A stretch of 64,000 nucleotides of DNA from Pristiophorus japonicus. Lineage: Eukaryota. Within the stretch, counting starts at the first letter, position 1. The number at the start of each line of letters is the position of its first letter. A program made the translations under genes and the position numbers. The stretch spans positions 145,576,001 to 145,640,000 of the forward strand of contig NC_091988.1 of assembly GCF_044704955.1 (NCBI RefSeq). Reading direction: 5' to 3'. Below, one piece after another: positions 1 to 12,560 of this stretch. The notes below the pieces were generated by a model that had not been told where the DNA came from, searched no databases, and saw only the letters and a list, made by a program, of their open reading frames with translations.

Positions 1-536
1 AAATGAACTTGTGATGCAACATCTGAACCAGCAGTTGGACTGCCAGCACATGCACATGACTTAATATTAATAAAGTTCCACTGCTTTTAATGAAAAATTG
101 TTTTGATTACTCAAACCTTATTAATTTTGTAAAAACAAAGCTTCAGTATTAGCTGAAGAATGTGATTCAATTGCCAGTAAAGATCATAATTTGCACCTGA
201 ACAGAATTTTCTCTCAAACCATAATAAACCCAGGGTGTTCCATAGTGAAACCATTTACACTGTTAAAATGAGTCGATCTCTCATGCCTTTATTCATTGTA
301 AGAACAACTTGCATTTATATCATAGAAAAACTTCAGAGGAGTGGTAATCAGACAAAAAATAGACACCAAACCAAAGAAAATATTAGAACGGATGACCATT
401 GGCTTGCTTTAAAAAGTGGAGTTTTAAGAAGGGTCTTAAAAAGGAGTGGTAAGTGTCGGTGGAAGGCCCAGATAGCTGAAGGCAAGGCCACTATTCTTGG
501 GCAAAGCAGGGGAATGTAGAAAAGGCCAGAGACAAA

Positions 537-664
537 NNNNNNNNNNNNNNNNNNNNNNNNNNNNNNNNNNNNNNNNNNNNNNNNNNNNNNNNNNNNNNNN
601 NNNNNNNNNNNNNNNNNNNNNNNNNNNNNNNNNNNNNNNNNNNNNNNNNNNNNNNNNNNNNNNN
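537..664. other. Assembly gap (run of N)
   Basis: Contiguous Ns from 537 to 664. Confidence 0.99.
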
Positions 665-759
665 GGGGAGAAAAGGGGTTATATTACTGTGCTGGGGGTG
701 GTTACAGAAAAAAAAAAGGGGACAAGGCCATGAATCGGATTTAAATCTGATCGCGAGAA

Positions 760-1975
760 TTTTAAGTTACTAGATCTAGAGGCAATTGTAGGTCAGGAAA
801 GACAGGCGTGTTGGGTGAACGGGACTTGATACAGGATAGGGTGAACGGGACTTGATACAGGATAGGGTGTGGGCAACAGAGCTTTGGATGAGCTAAAATT
901 TACAATGGGGAAGCCGGCCAGGAGAGCATGGGAATAATCAAGTCTAAAGGTGACAAAATAGATGAGATGGGCTGAGAGAGGGGTGGATATGCCAATGTTA
1001 GAGATGGAAATGAGTAGTGTTTGTTATGGAGAAGCTATGGTTAGCTCAGGGTCAAATAAGAACATAAGAAATAGCAGAAGTAGGCCATCTAGCCCCTCGA
1101 GCCTGCTCCGCCATTCAATAAGTTCATGGCTGAGCGACCCTGGCCTCAACTCCACTTCCCTGCCCTCTCCCCATAATCCTTAACTTCCTTATCTTTCAAA
1201 AATAGAACAAGATAGCAAACAAATGTGCCACTGTCTCCGGTTGAACACGAGAGGTGAATATAATCAGTGGTAAACTTATGGAGTTTGTAATGGGGGTCAG
1301 AGGCAATGGCTACAGTCTTCCCAATGGTTAACTGGAGGAAACTGCAGTTCATTCAAGACTGGATGTTGGACAGACTCACAGCACAGAGCAGCGGAGGGGT
1401 CGAGAGATAGTGCAGGATGTCATCAACATACATGCGAAAGCTGACCCTATGTCTTCAGACTATATTAGCAAGGGGCAGCATGTGGAAGAGGAGTGTATAG
1501 ATCTTTGGAGGATGCGAGGCAATAGTATGTGGGTGAGTATAGTAATAATTACTGGAGATGATCGGATTATGATTGGATAGGTCAGAATGAAACCAAGCAA
1601 GGGCAGTTTCATTGAGTTGGACAATGGAGAGGGGTTGGAGGAGGATGGTGTGCTAGACTGTTTCAAAGGCTGCAGAGAAGTCGAGGAAGGAAATGCACCA
1701 CTCTCACAGAGAATGTCATTTGTGACAAAATTGAAGCCATTTCAGCGCTGTGGCAGGGGTGGAGGCTTGATTGGAGAGTTTCAAACATGGAGTTGCAGGA
1801 AAGATGGGCATGTATATGGGAAGTAACAAGTTCAGCGACTTGAGGAAAGAGGTTGATGATAGGGCAATAGTTTGCAAGCACAGCAGGATTGAGGGTAGTT
1901 TTTTTTTGAGGAGAAGGATAATGGCTGAGGTATGATGATGATGGGTAAAAAATGTGGAAAAGATGACAATGAATT
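760..1975 (-). mobile_element. Degraded L2-type LINE fragment(s), with a short CR1 3' tail inserted at ~1058-1200
   Basis: Reverse complement resembles the L2-like segments at 18960-19245 and 37670-38210 (e.g. agtctaaaggtgacaaa vs tttgttacctctagact). 1058-1200 is the reverse complement of the CR1 3' tail seen throughout the window. Confidence 0.55.
813..869. repeat. 26-bp direct tandem duplication
   Basis: gggtgaacgggacttgatacaggata at 813-838 and 839-864, followed by gggtg. Confidence 0.9.
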
Positions 1976-2714
1976 GCTCACACACCACAGATCCCTTGTA
2001 GAGGACACAGCGCTGGAAACGATCTCTAAATACCAGAGATTGTCACTCAAAAGTCAGTGAAATGTCTGTGGGCAGCTGCAAGCGTGATGAACGGTGAGTG
2101 CTGTTACTTCGTCACTGACTGCAAAATCTGGGCTATTATGTAATAGCAATCTGCTGTTGTATTAGAAAGTTTTTGCTTGTAGCCCACTAAATGCATTTAG
2201 CCAGTTCTGTATGACCCAAGAATGCAGGTGCACAGAACTAGCTCTGCCTCAACATCCAGGTCTGCTGTGATCAGAAAAACACTTAAAATAAATGACCGTA
2301 TATTTTAGTTTAAATGGATATATTGAAATTCTAGGAACACCACTTATTAAAAAGAAATGCTTCATATATTGTGCAATGTTTAAATTGAATCCATCAATAG
2401 CTTAAGCTATGCTATGTTTCTGTAAAATTGGATCCAAGCTCACCTCATCCCCTCATTACAATGACTACACTCCAAAAGTACTTCATTGGCTGTAAAGTGC
2501 TTCGAGACATCCGGTGGTCATTAAAGGCGCTTTATAAATGCAAATCTTTCTTTTTTTTCCCCCATGCCCAGAACTTAAGTGACCTGGGTCAACATCTGAT
2601 GTGCAGCAATGAAGTTTCTCTTTTCTCACAACAAAGCCAAGGATGCCATTAAGAGACTGAACTCAATATGAATCAAAATAAGCAAAGACCACACGTGGAG
2701 GGTGCCCCTCCACT

Positions 2715-3085
2715 GGGGCCTAAATCTGCCCAGGAATTGCTCCTTTTTTTTTTTGGAGCAACTTGATTTTTCTGGAGTATCTTAAAAATCCCCATTCTGC
2801 ACATTTAATTTGCGCCTGTAAGTGAGTTAGTTAGGATTTTTTTCCCCCAAAAAGGGGTGTTACCAGCCATTTTGGCCATTAAAGCCAGTTTGGACAGCTA
2901 ATAGTTGCTCCAAACTAACTTAGGCCAGCGTAAGTGGCCACTTGTGGCCGCACAGAAAATCCTTGCGGAGAGTTAAGAAATTAGCGCAGGTAGCCAGAGA
3001 TTGGTGTTGGGGGGGGGGGGGGACACGGTGGTGAAGGGAAGCACAGAGGACCTTAAAAAGCACTAAACACCTTCACAACAACTAA
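2715..3085 (+). mobile_element. Left end of a PIF/Harbinger-like element (same family as 38213-40685)
   Basis: Starts GGGGCCTAAATCTGCCC and aligns by eye with 38213-38600 (ttttggag.aact, taagt.agtt.gttagg, aagcactaaa.accttcacaaca). Confidence 0.7.
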
Positions 3086-3470
3086 TACAGATCTTGTACT
3101 GTAACTTTTGCATAATTTACACATTCCACTATATAAGGCTTCATAAAATATGCATTTTCTAAAAAAAATTTTATCAGAAAACAAAGGGTTTCATAAAACC
3201 ATTTCTGAATCAAATATTTTGCTAGCAGGTCTATGAACGAAGGTCATTTGCACAAGGTACCTGAGGGTGCCCATGCAGTTACTCCCCAATAAGGCACCCG
3301 TGGGTGCTGATGGAATGTTCCCAACAGGCGATCTACGGGCATCCATGCAGTTGCTCACTAAGAATTGGTGGGATTTTAAAAAAATTGACCCAAGTCATGA
3401 TTACTACCAAAACAAAAGCCACGACCAGATATTTGCTGGTACTGTGACCAAATCTAAGGAAAGTTCTCTC

Positions 3471-4139
3471 TGTGGAAATGTATTTTTATCTAAGCTGATG
3501 CCACACGGTATTTTTGTGCCCTTTTTAATATATAACAAAATGGAGTCCTGGTCCTTCCAGAAATTTCTACATAAAGCAGTCGGCTTGCATAAACAGCTAA
3601 ACCTGGCTTGAAATGACTGATAACCACCAGACAGCTAGGAGACAAGTCCTGCTGAGACAGGTACCCCCATGGTGCTCTCCTATTGTCCATATAACACCAG
3701 TTCCACTCCATCCCAGCCTTTTCGAAGTACTCAAACCACCAGCCATTATCTCTTGTAGAGACCTCATCCATTTGATGCAAAAAGATAACTGACCAAGAAA
3801 CTGGACAATCCTGACACAATGCAAGGCAGGTAATAGCTTATTACCACACTCTCATCGAATAATGGCCGGCTGGCCTACTAATAACCCTGACAAAAGGAAA
3901 TATCTGGAAACCATGTCAGGACAAGGATGTAGTAATTAACTCTTTATCTGTATTCACTGACTGCGAGACAGAGCCAATACACAGGGAGAGGCCATAACTT
4001 GGGTTTTACTGTATAAATATATTGTGAAACTGTACCATTTGGGAGGTGTTCACTTAGCCATTGCTAGCAAGTAAATTAAAGAAACTTCTGCCGGAGCTGA
4101 AGGTGTCCAAGTCATTTATCGGAGGTTGAGATTTCGACA
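3471..4139 (+). mobile_element. Solo LTR (ERV1/epsilon-like or Gypsy-like), 669 bp
   Basis: TG...CA termini with an imperfect inverted repeat (TGTGGAAAT / ATTTCGACA). 4-bp TSD TCTC at 3467-3470 and 4140-4143. Internal CCAAT (3974), TATAAATA (4012) and ATTAAA (4075) in U3-R-U5 order. Confidence 0.8.
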
Positions 4140-4224
4140 TCTCTGGTCATTCTCGCCTCTTAACAGCCAGTTGCATTGTGCCATTGAGAGAGACTTTTTC
4201 TAAATCATTTCTAGAAACTCTCCT

Positions 4225-4505
4225 CCTCTTCCCCCCCCCCCCCCGCACCAACCTGTTTCTTGTAGCTCAGTGCACGCGCTGGGAGGGCGAGGAGCTACTG
4301 CGCATGCGCGCTGCTGCCGGCACTGTTTTCGGCGCAGGGCTGTGGCTCCGCCCCCCACGCCACGAGAAACACCGCGCCAGGACCCAGGAGACACAGCAGA
4401 GCGGCCAGAATCGTTAGTAAGTTTTTTGGCGCCGTTTTGAGCGCACAAAGTCTGCGCATCATGGGACAGTGCGCCAGAAAAAGGGGTTGGGGAAATTTGG
4501 GCCCC
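4225..4505 (+). mobile_element. Right end of a Harbinger-like element/MITE
   Basis: Ends GGGGAAATTTGGGCCCC. Matches the reverse complement of 10674-10880 and resembles 40380-40685. Confidence 0.65.
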
Positions 4506-5081
4506 AAGAGTGGAGCACCAAAAAGGTTGCAGTGTCTCAAATGTGAGCAGTTTAGTTCAACAGGTTTTATTGAATTGCATTTTGAATCTTTGTGTTGCAG
4601 CAAAGCTTTCACTGCAAATTATTAGAAGAGTATTTTCAAACACTTCAGTTAGACAGGTCAACCTCTCTCCTCCCCCTCAATATTCTTTCTTTCCTGAAGA
4701 TGACAACATGCTGGCAACAGTACCTCATTGAAATAATTACTGCATGTTCCAGCCTAAAGCTGATATTACCCCTTCCTAGTCCAAGAACACTGAGGCCAAC
4801 TGTAGTACTGTACTGTACCTGCACCACTTAAATCAGCTAACACAGCACAAGCCAAGTATTCAATCGGAAACCTTCATACTCTATATGACGCAGTGCTACA
4901 TTTGCACAATAAACCCTGGACCTGGTGCTTTGAAATTAACATTCAAGTAGATCCATTCCTATTAACTACGGCAATCAGATTATAAATGTTCGGATTATAG
5001 TCAATAACATTTGCATTAGTAATGGATTCTGATACGTTTACATCATTTAAAATGCTGCAGGTCATACAGCATCAACACAAT

Positions 5082-6123
5082 GGGCCCAAGTTTCCACATG
5101 ATTTGCGCCTGATTTTTTAGGAGCAACTGGTGGAGAACGGACTATCTTAGAAATCGCAATTCTCCACATTTTTTTTTCTGCAGTTCTAGTCAGGTAGAAC
5201 AGTTCTACTTTGGAACAGAATTTTTTCTTCAAAAGGGGGCGTGTCCGGCCACTGACGCCTGATTTCAAAGTTTCCACAGTGAAAACGTACTCCAAACTAA
5301 CTTACAATGGAGCAAGTGAAGATTTTTGTAGAACTGAAAAAACCTGTTCTACACATTAAAAAAATCAGGCGCAGGTTACAAATTAGGCGTCCAGAACGAG
5401 GTGGGGAGGAGGGGGGGGGGGAAGGGAAGTCATTAAATTCGACAATAAATCCTTATTTATACTTCTACAAATATTATACAAATAAATCCAACCTGAATAA
5501 ACATTTATAAGCAAAGAAAAGATTAAATAAACCATCTTCCTACCTGTGTGAAATTGCTTCAGCCACGGAGAATGCTGCAGTCAGCCTCACAAGTTGAGGC
5601 ACCCGTTCGTTCCTGCGGGGTGGGGGGGGGGGGGGGGAGGAGGGAAGGCGCCAGTTCGTTCCCGCGGGGGCAGGGGGGGGGGAGGGGGGTGGGGAAAGGA
5701 GGCGCCCGTTCGTTCCAGCGGGGGGGGGGGGGGGAGGAGCCATCAGCACTGAGGCTGCAAGAAGCCTCAGTGCTGATGGCAATGTGCTTTTATTTTAAAA
5801 AATTCAAAAATTAAACAGCTACAAAGAACTACAAAAATAGCCGAGTGCCAATGTTTCCTTCACACTGCGCGTGTGCGAACGCTCCAACGCGCACGCGCAG
5901 CGTCGCCGGCAGGAAAAAAACTAATTTAAATGGTACCCGCCCCCTCCCACTTAAAAATCGGCACGAGTGTAGGCTCCGCCCCCCTGGGCGCCGCGCCAAA
6001 CAGACAAGGAGCTGCAAAGCGCTCCAGAATCGCGCGTTTTTTTTCCGGCGCCATTTTAGGCGCGAAAAACGGGCGCCCAGCTTGGAGGGGCGCCCGTTTT
6101 TTATCGTGTGGAAACTTGGGCCC
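5082..6123 (+). mobile_element. Non-autonomous Harbinger-like element (MITE), ~1.04 kb
   Basis: Perfect 16-bp TIR GGGCCCAAGTTTCCAC ... GTGGAAACTTGGGCCC. Subterminal similarity to the 2715 and 38213 copies. Flanks AAT/TTT give no clean TSD. Confidence 0.8.
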
Positions 6124-6544
6124 TTTAAATCTAAAAACCATATTGGCATTAGTTTGTCCTATACTGCCTGTCTAGAGAAAATATTCTGCTTTCACCTTCA
6201 ACATTCTTTAAAAATCATTGCAAAAAAGTTTGCAAAGATTTTAAAGAATTTTCTTAATTAGAAGACACCAAGCTGCTTAAGACTATTTTACAATGCAAAT
6301 GCTGGCTTGTGGAGTTTTGGTTCACATAATGCACTGACTAACAGGTGTCTCTAGCAAACATTATAAATATCCTACAATGTACATACACAAACCAAACTGC
6401 AACAAATGCTTTTGTTTAAAAAGAACTTTAAAGAATCTAGCACCATTTATTTTCAAACAATTTACTAGTAAATCCATTTACAGATTTTAATTTATAACGT
6501 ACCTGCCACCAAACTACCTCAAAGTATGAAATTGTCTACTCTAC

Positions 6545-6856
6545 CTTTATTGTTTTAAATTCTTTTTTCCAGGGGTATAGAAAGAGGTTAGTGCAGAAGG
6601 TTTCCAGAATTCCAAAGGCAGTGAGAAGCGCATTTAAACTTGATGTTCGGAGCATCTTCAAGGCATTCTCCATCATATCATAAAATCTAAACGCCTTAAA
6701 TCTTTTACTGGAGTCCTGGCGATATAAATCAAGTAAGGATGTGGCCGTCTTCTTAAGGCCTGCATCATCAATTATGTGATCCCTTTCACTCAATTTTAAT
6801 TCACAAATCTGTACGTATTTCCGAAACAAAGTATCTCTGATTTTATTTGTATCCAT
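6545..6856 (-). CDS. SPATA2: Spermatogenesis-associated protein 2, first coding exon (N-terminal PUB-like domain; CYLD/HOIP adaptor). Later exons lie left of the window.
   Basis: MDTNKIRDTLFRKYVQ...FGILETFCTNLFLYPWKKEFKTIK matches the SPATA2 N-terminus (MDTKFKDDLFRKYVQ...NLFLYPWKKEFRSIK). 104 codons, then a phase-0 donor AAG|gtagag. Acceptor candidates at ~6972-6976. Synteny with RNF114 and SNAI1. Confidence 0.93.
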
Positions 6857-7817
6857 TCGGAATTGTTTGTGTGGCACACAGTTCACCACAGCTTGTCCAT
6901 GGCTTTCCTGTTGTTTTCAGACTGGGAGCAGTTTCTAGATTACAATCACTGATGCCAGGGAAAGTGATGCACCTAACTGCAACATGAAAGGAAGACATAT
7001 AATTAGAAATTGAACCGTGACACATGATCACAAATCATTACTAGATAAGGCAGAGAAAATGGTAAATATAACAGTTGAGGTTATGCTTTAATCCATGAAC
7101 TGTTTGTTGCAAAAATCTAATTCATAAGTGAATATGCAGTCATAAACCATTGTATTTATAATCAGATAAAATTAACAAAACCAGACCAAAATGAATCATC
7201 AGCACAGTACTTCATATATCAGAATAGTAGTTGTAAAGGTTAAATGTCAAACTGGAATGCAAATGCTTACAACCAATACTTTTTTTTAAAAAGTACAAAT
7301 ATACTATAATGGGATTTCCAGAATATTAAGAACAGAAAGGTATTTAATAAACTATCGAAAGTAAAGTCCGTTAGGTTTAAAGATGACTGTGCTAGTAAAC
7401 ATCAGCAATGCTATAGGCTCTTTCTATCTGACTTAGTGGAAAACCCAAGCCTATAGTGTAGTCATGTTTTCTTTGAGGTGTACATATGTCTGATTTTCCC
7501 AAATAAAATTTCAAAAACATTTTAAAAATGTTGCCTATGTGTTTCAACTTGCATTTTAGTTAAATGGAGTACAAAGATGCCAATATATTTTTATATAAAA
7601 CAAAAACCTCACTTGATCAAAACCATTTCTTATTGCAATCTTTACTACCATGAAAACAAAACTGGTTGCACAAGGGACACATGTCTATCAAGGATTGCAA
7701 AAAAAAGCAAATGTTCATCTCTGATGAGAGATATTTAAGTATATCCCACATAACTGTGCTGTTACTGAAAATTTTCAAGCAGATTTGGTCTAAAGTTTAG
7801 ATGTAATTAAAACATTA

Positions 7818-9408
7818 TAGAACATAGCTACATAGAAACATAGAAAATAGGTGCAGGAGTAGGCCATTCGGCACTTCGAGCCTGCACCGCCATTCAATGA
7901 GCTCATGGCTGAACATGCAACTTCAGTACCCCATTCCTGCTTTCTCGCCATACCCCTTGAGCCCCCTAGTAGTAGGGACTACATCTAACTCCTTTTTGAA
8001 TATATTTAGTGAATTGGCCTCAACAACTTTCTGTGGAAGAGAATTCCACAGGTTCACCACTCTCTGGGTGAAGAAGTTTCTCCTCATCTCAGTCCTAAAT
8101 GGCTTACCCCTTATCCTTAGACTGTGACCCCTGGTTCTGGACTTCCCCAACATTGGGAACATTCTTCCTGCATCTAACCTGTCTAAACCCATCAGAATTT
8201 TATGAGATCCCCTCTCATTCTTCTGAACTCCAGTGAATACAAGCCCAGTTGATCCAGTCTTTCTTGATATATCAGTCCTGCCATCCCGGGAATCAGTCTG
8301 GTGAACCTTCGCTGCACTCCCTCAATAGCAAGAATGTCCTTCCTCAAGTTAGGAGACCAAAACTGTACACAATACTCCAGGTGTGGCCTCACCAAGGCCC
8401 TGTACAACTGTATTAACACCTCCCTGCCCCTGTACTCAAATCCACTCGCTATGAAGGCCAACATGCCATTTGCTTTCTTAACCGCCTGCTGTACCTGCAT
8501 GCCAACCTTCAATGACTGATGTACCATGACACCTCCCCTTTTCCTAATCTGTCACCATTCAGATAATAGTCTGTCTCTGTTTTTGCAACCAAAGTGGATA
8601 ACCTCACATTTATCAATATTATACTTCATCTGCCATGCATTTGCCCACTCACCTAACCTATCCAAGTCACTCTGCAGCCTAATAGCATCCTCCTCGCAGC
8701 TCACACTGCCACCCAACTTAGTGTTATCCGCAAATTTGGAGATACTACATTTAAACCCCTCATCTAAATCATTAATGTACAATGTAAACAGCTGGGGCCC
8801 CAGCACAGAACCTTGTGGTATCCCACTTAGTCACTGCCTGCCATTTTGAAAAGTACCCATTTACTCCTACTCTTTACTTCCTGTCTGCCAACCAGTTCTC
8901 AAATTCACGTCAGCACACTACCCCCAATCGCATGTGCTTTAACTTTACACATTAATCTCTTGTGTGGGATCTTGTCGAAAGCCTTCTGAAAGTCCAAATA
9001 CACCACATCAACTGGTTCTCCCTTGTCCACTCTACTGGAAACATCCTCAAAAAATTCCAGAAGATTTGTCAAGCATGATTTCCCTTTCACAAATCCATGC
9101 TGACTTGGACCTATCATGTCACCTCTTTCTAAATGCGTTGCTATGACATCCTTAATAATTGATTCAATCATTTTACCCACTACCGATATCAGGCTGACTG
9201 GTCTATAATTCCCTGTTTTCTCTCTCCCTCCTTTTTTAAAAAGTGGGGTTACATTGGCTACCCTCCATTCCATAGGAACTGATCCAGAGTTGATGGAATG
9301 TTGGAAAATGACTGTCAATGCATCCGCTATTTCCAAGGCCACCTCCTTAAGTACTCTGGGATGCAGACCATCAGGCCCTGGGGATTTATCGGCTTTCAAT
9401 CCCATCAA
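7818..9408 (-). mobile_element. CR1 LINE, 5'-truncated (RT domain + 3' UTR + (TTCTATGT)n tail)
   Basis: ORFs 8905-9474, 8552-8806, 8192-8527 and 7923-8192 encode CR1 ORF2 motifs ([44 protein letters not shown]). Tail appears as acatagaa repeats on +. Confidence 0.93.
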
Positions 9409-10673
9409 TGCGGATGAGACTAGGACAGAGTACAAATCAAGAAATAACGGAGGCTTGTAAGAAAAATACGACAATAATCATGGATGATTTTAATCATATT
9501 GATTGAACAAATCAAATTGACAAAGGTAGCCTTGAGGAAGAGTTCATCGTGTATTCGGAATGGTTTCTTCAAACAATATGTTGTGGAACCAACCAGGGAG
9601 CAGACTATTTTAGATCTGTTAATGTGCAATGAAACTGGATTAATTAATGATCTCATAGTAAAGGATCCTTTTGGGAAGAGTGATCATAGCATGGTTGAAT
9701 TTCAAATTCAGCTGGAGGGTGAGAAAGCTAGGTCTCAAACTAGTCCTAAACTTAAACAAAGGCAATTACAAAGGTATGAAGGCAGAGTTGGTTAAAGTGG
9801 ACTGGGAAAATAGATTAAACGGTAAGACGATAGATGAGCAGTGGCAAACATTTAAAGGAGATATTTCATAACTCTCAGCAAAGATATATTCCAGTGAGAA
9901 ATAAAGAATCTAAGGGAAGGATGAACCATTCGTGGCTAACCAAGGAAGTAAAGGATGGTATCAAATTGAAAACAAAGGCATACAATGTTGCGAAGAATAG
10001 TGGAAGGCCAGAGCATTGGGAAATGTTTAGAAACCAGCAAAGGACAACTAAAAAAATAATAGAGGGAGAAGGTAATTTATGAGAGTAAAATAGCAAGAAA
10101 TATAAAAACAGACAGTAAGAATTTCTATAGGTATATAAAAAGGAAGAAAGTAGCTAAAGTAAACGTTGGTCCCTTCGTGGATGAGACTAGGGAATTAATA
10201 ATGGGAAACAGGGAAATGGTAGAGACTTTGAACAAATATTTTGTATCAGTCTTCACAGTAGAGGACACTAAAAGCATCCAATAATTGACTGGGGGGCCGG
10301 GGGGGGGGGGGGGGGGGGAGGAACTTAAAACAATCACTATCACTAGAGAAAAAGTACTAGACAAACTAATGGGACTAAAGGTGGACAAGTCCCCTGGACC
10401 TGATGGCCTGCATCCCAGTGTCTTAAAATAAGTGGCTGCAGAGGTTGTATGTAATCTACCAAAATTCTCTGGATTCTGAAGAGGTCCCAGCAGATTGGAA
10501 AACCGCAAATGTAACGGCCCTATTTAAGAATGGAGGAAGACAGAAAACAGGCAACTATAGACTAGTTAGCCTAACAGCTGTCATTGGGAAAATGCTGGGG
10601 TCCGTTATTTAAGGAAGTAGTAGAAGGACATTTAGAAAATCATAATAGTCAAGCAGAGTCAGTATGGTTTTAT

Positions 10674-11676
10674 GGGCTCAATTTTGGCCCATGTAATTTT
10701 TCGGCGCACACCCAAGGTGCGCCACTTTTCTCCGTTGCCAAGTGCGCCGAAAAATCTCAGCCCCACTTTGGCCGCTGTCCGACCTCTGCCCAATCGTCGC
10801 ACAGCGTGGCCAGTCGAGTCGGGGGTGGAGCCAACGTCCTGCGCTGAAAACAGTGTCGGGACGTCTGCACATGCGCACTGGAGTCGGGTCGCGATGTCCG
10901 CGCATACGTAGCAACGCCAAAATTTGGCAATCGGCCTAGCCTCTCTCTCTCTCTCTCTTTCCCTCTCCCAACAGATGCAGCATTCACTCGCTCGCCTCCT
11001 CCCCCATTCATTTGTAGCCCAGCCTCTCTCTCCCCGTGGAATATAGATGGCGCGTTGAATCCCGATACCGATCGCTCCCGCCCCTAGCCCAGGCCGAGTG
11101 GTTTCCCGGTGCACGTTGTCGCGCCGCCCCTAGCCCAGGCCGAGTGGCTTCCCGGTGCACGTTGTCGTGCCGCTCCTAGCCCAGGCTGAGTGGCCTCCTG
11201 CACAGCCCGGCTCGCTGCCTTCCCGGGCCGAGTTTTAAGATGAAGGTAGGACTTCAATTTTTTATTTGCTATTTAATTCTTAGAATTTTTTGTTTTCAAG
11301 GTTTGTTGGTTTGTAAGGCTTGGTGCTTTAGGTGCAGGTCCTCTCTGTTTCCCTTCCCGTCCTGTCCCTATCCCAGGCCGAATGTACCTACCTGCGCCGA
11401 TTTCTTAACTCTCCGCAAAGGTTTTCTGAAGTGGCCACATACACTGGCCTAAGTAGATTTGGAGTAACTATTAGCTGGCTAAAGTTGCCTAAATGGGCAG
11501 AATTGGCATAGGTGGCTGGTAACGTCCCTTTTTGAGAAAAAAAACCAAAAAATATTGTAACTAACTCAGTTACTCTGATGCAAATTGATTGGGGAAACTG
11601 GGGATTTTTAAGTTACACCAGAAAAACCAAGTTACTCCAAAAAAAAAAGAGCAACTCCTGGCCAAAATTTGAGCCC
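10674..11676 (-). mobile_element. Harbinger-like MITE inserted in a CR1 RT
   Basis: TIRs GGGCTCAATTTTGGCC / GGCCAAAATTTGAGCCC. TSD TAT at 10671-10673 and 11677-11679. Removing it restores ggttt-tat-gaaagggaaatc (GFMKGKS). Confidence 0.9.
11079..11205. repeat. 46-bp tandem repeat (~2.7 copies) inside the MITE
   Basis: ctagcccagg recurs at 11084, 11130 and 11176. Confidence 0.85.
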
Positions 11677-12560
11677 TATGAAAGGGAAATCAAGTTTGAC
11701 AAATTTTCTGGAGTTCTTTGAGGATGTAACAGAAGGCATTCAATAAGCTGCCACATAAAAAGTTACTGCACAAGATAAGAGCTCATGGGGTTCGAGGCAA
11801 TATATTAGCATGGATAGAGGATCGGCTGACTAACAGAAAACAGTTGGGATAAATGGATCATTTTCAGGTTGGTAAACTGTAACTAGTGGGGTGCCACAGG
11901 GATCAGTGCTGGGGCCTCAACTATTTACAATCTAAATTAATAACTTGGATGAAGGGACCGAGTGTAATGTATCATCAGCAAATTTGGTTACAAAGTAGGT
12001 GGGAAAGCAAGTTGTGTGGATGATGCAAAGAATCTGCAAAGGTATATAAACAGGCTAAATGAGTGGTCAAAAATCTGGCAACTGGAGTATAATGTGGGAA
12101 AATGTGAGGTTATCCATTTTGCTAGGAAAAATAAAAAAGCAAATTATTTAAATGGAGAGCGATTACAAAATGCTGAGGTACAACGGGATCTGGGAGTCCT
12201 TGTACATGAAACACAAAAAGTTACCATGCAGTTACAGCAAGTAATAAGGAAGGCAAATGAAATGTTGGCCTTTATTGCAAGGGGAATGGAGTATAAAAAT
12301 AGGGAAGTTCTGCTACAACTGTACAGGGCATTGGTGAGACCATGCCTGGAGTACTGCATACAGTTTTGGTCTCCTTATATAAGGAGGGATACACTGGCAT
12401 TGCAAGCAGTTTAAAGTAGGTTTACGAGGTTGATTCCTGAAATGAAGGGGTTGTCTTATGAAGAAAGGTTGAGCAGATTAGGCCTATACATTGGAGCTTA
12501 GAAAAATGAGAGGGGATTTTATTGAAACATACAAGATACTGAAGGGGCTTGACAGGGTAG

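Noticed and set aside
2715-4505. A single Harbinger element spanning 2715-4505 with the LTR nested inside
   Set aside because: The termini are compatible but the flanking triplets (ACT vs AAG) do not form a TSD, so the two ends are reported separately.
6857-6889. N-terminal extension MVNCVPHKQFR of SPATA2 from the ORF track
   Set aside because: It begins at a non-ATG codon. Homology starts at MDTNK (ATG at 6856).
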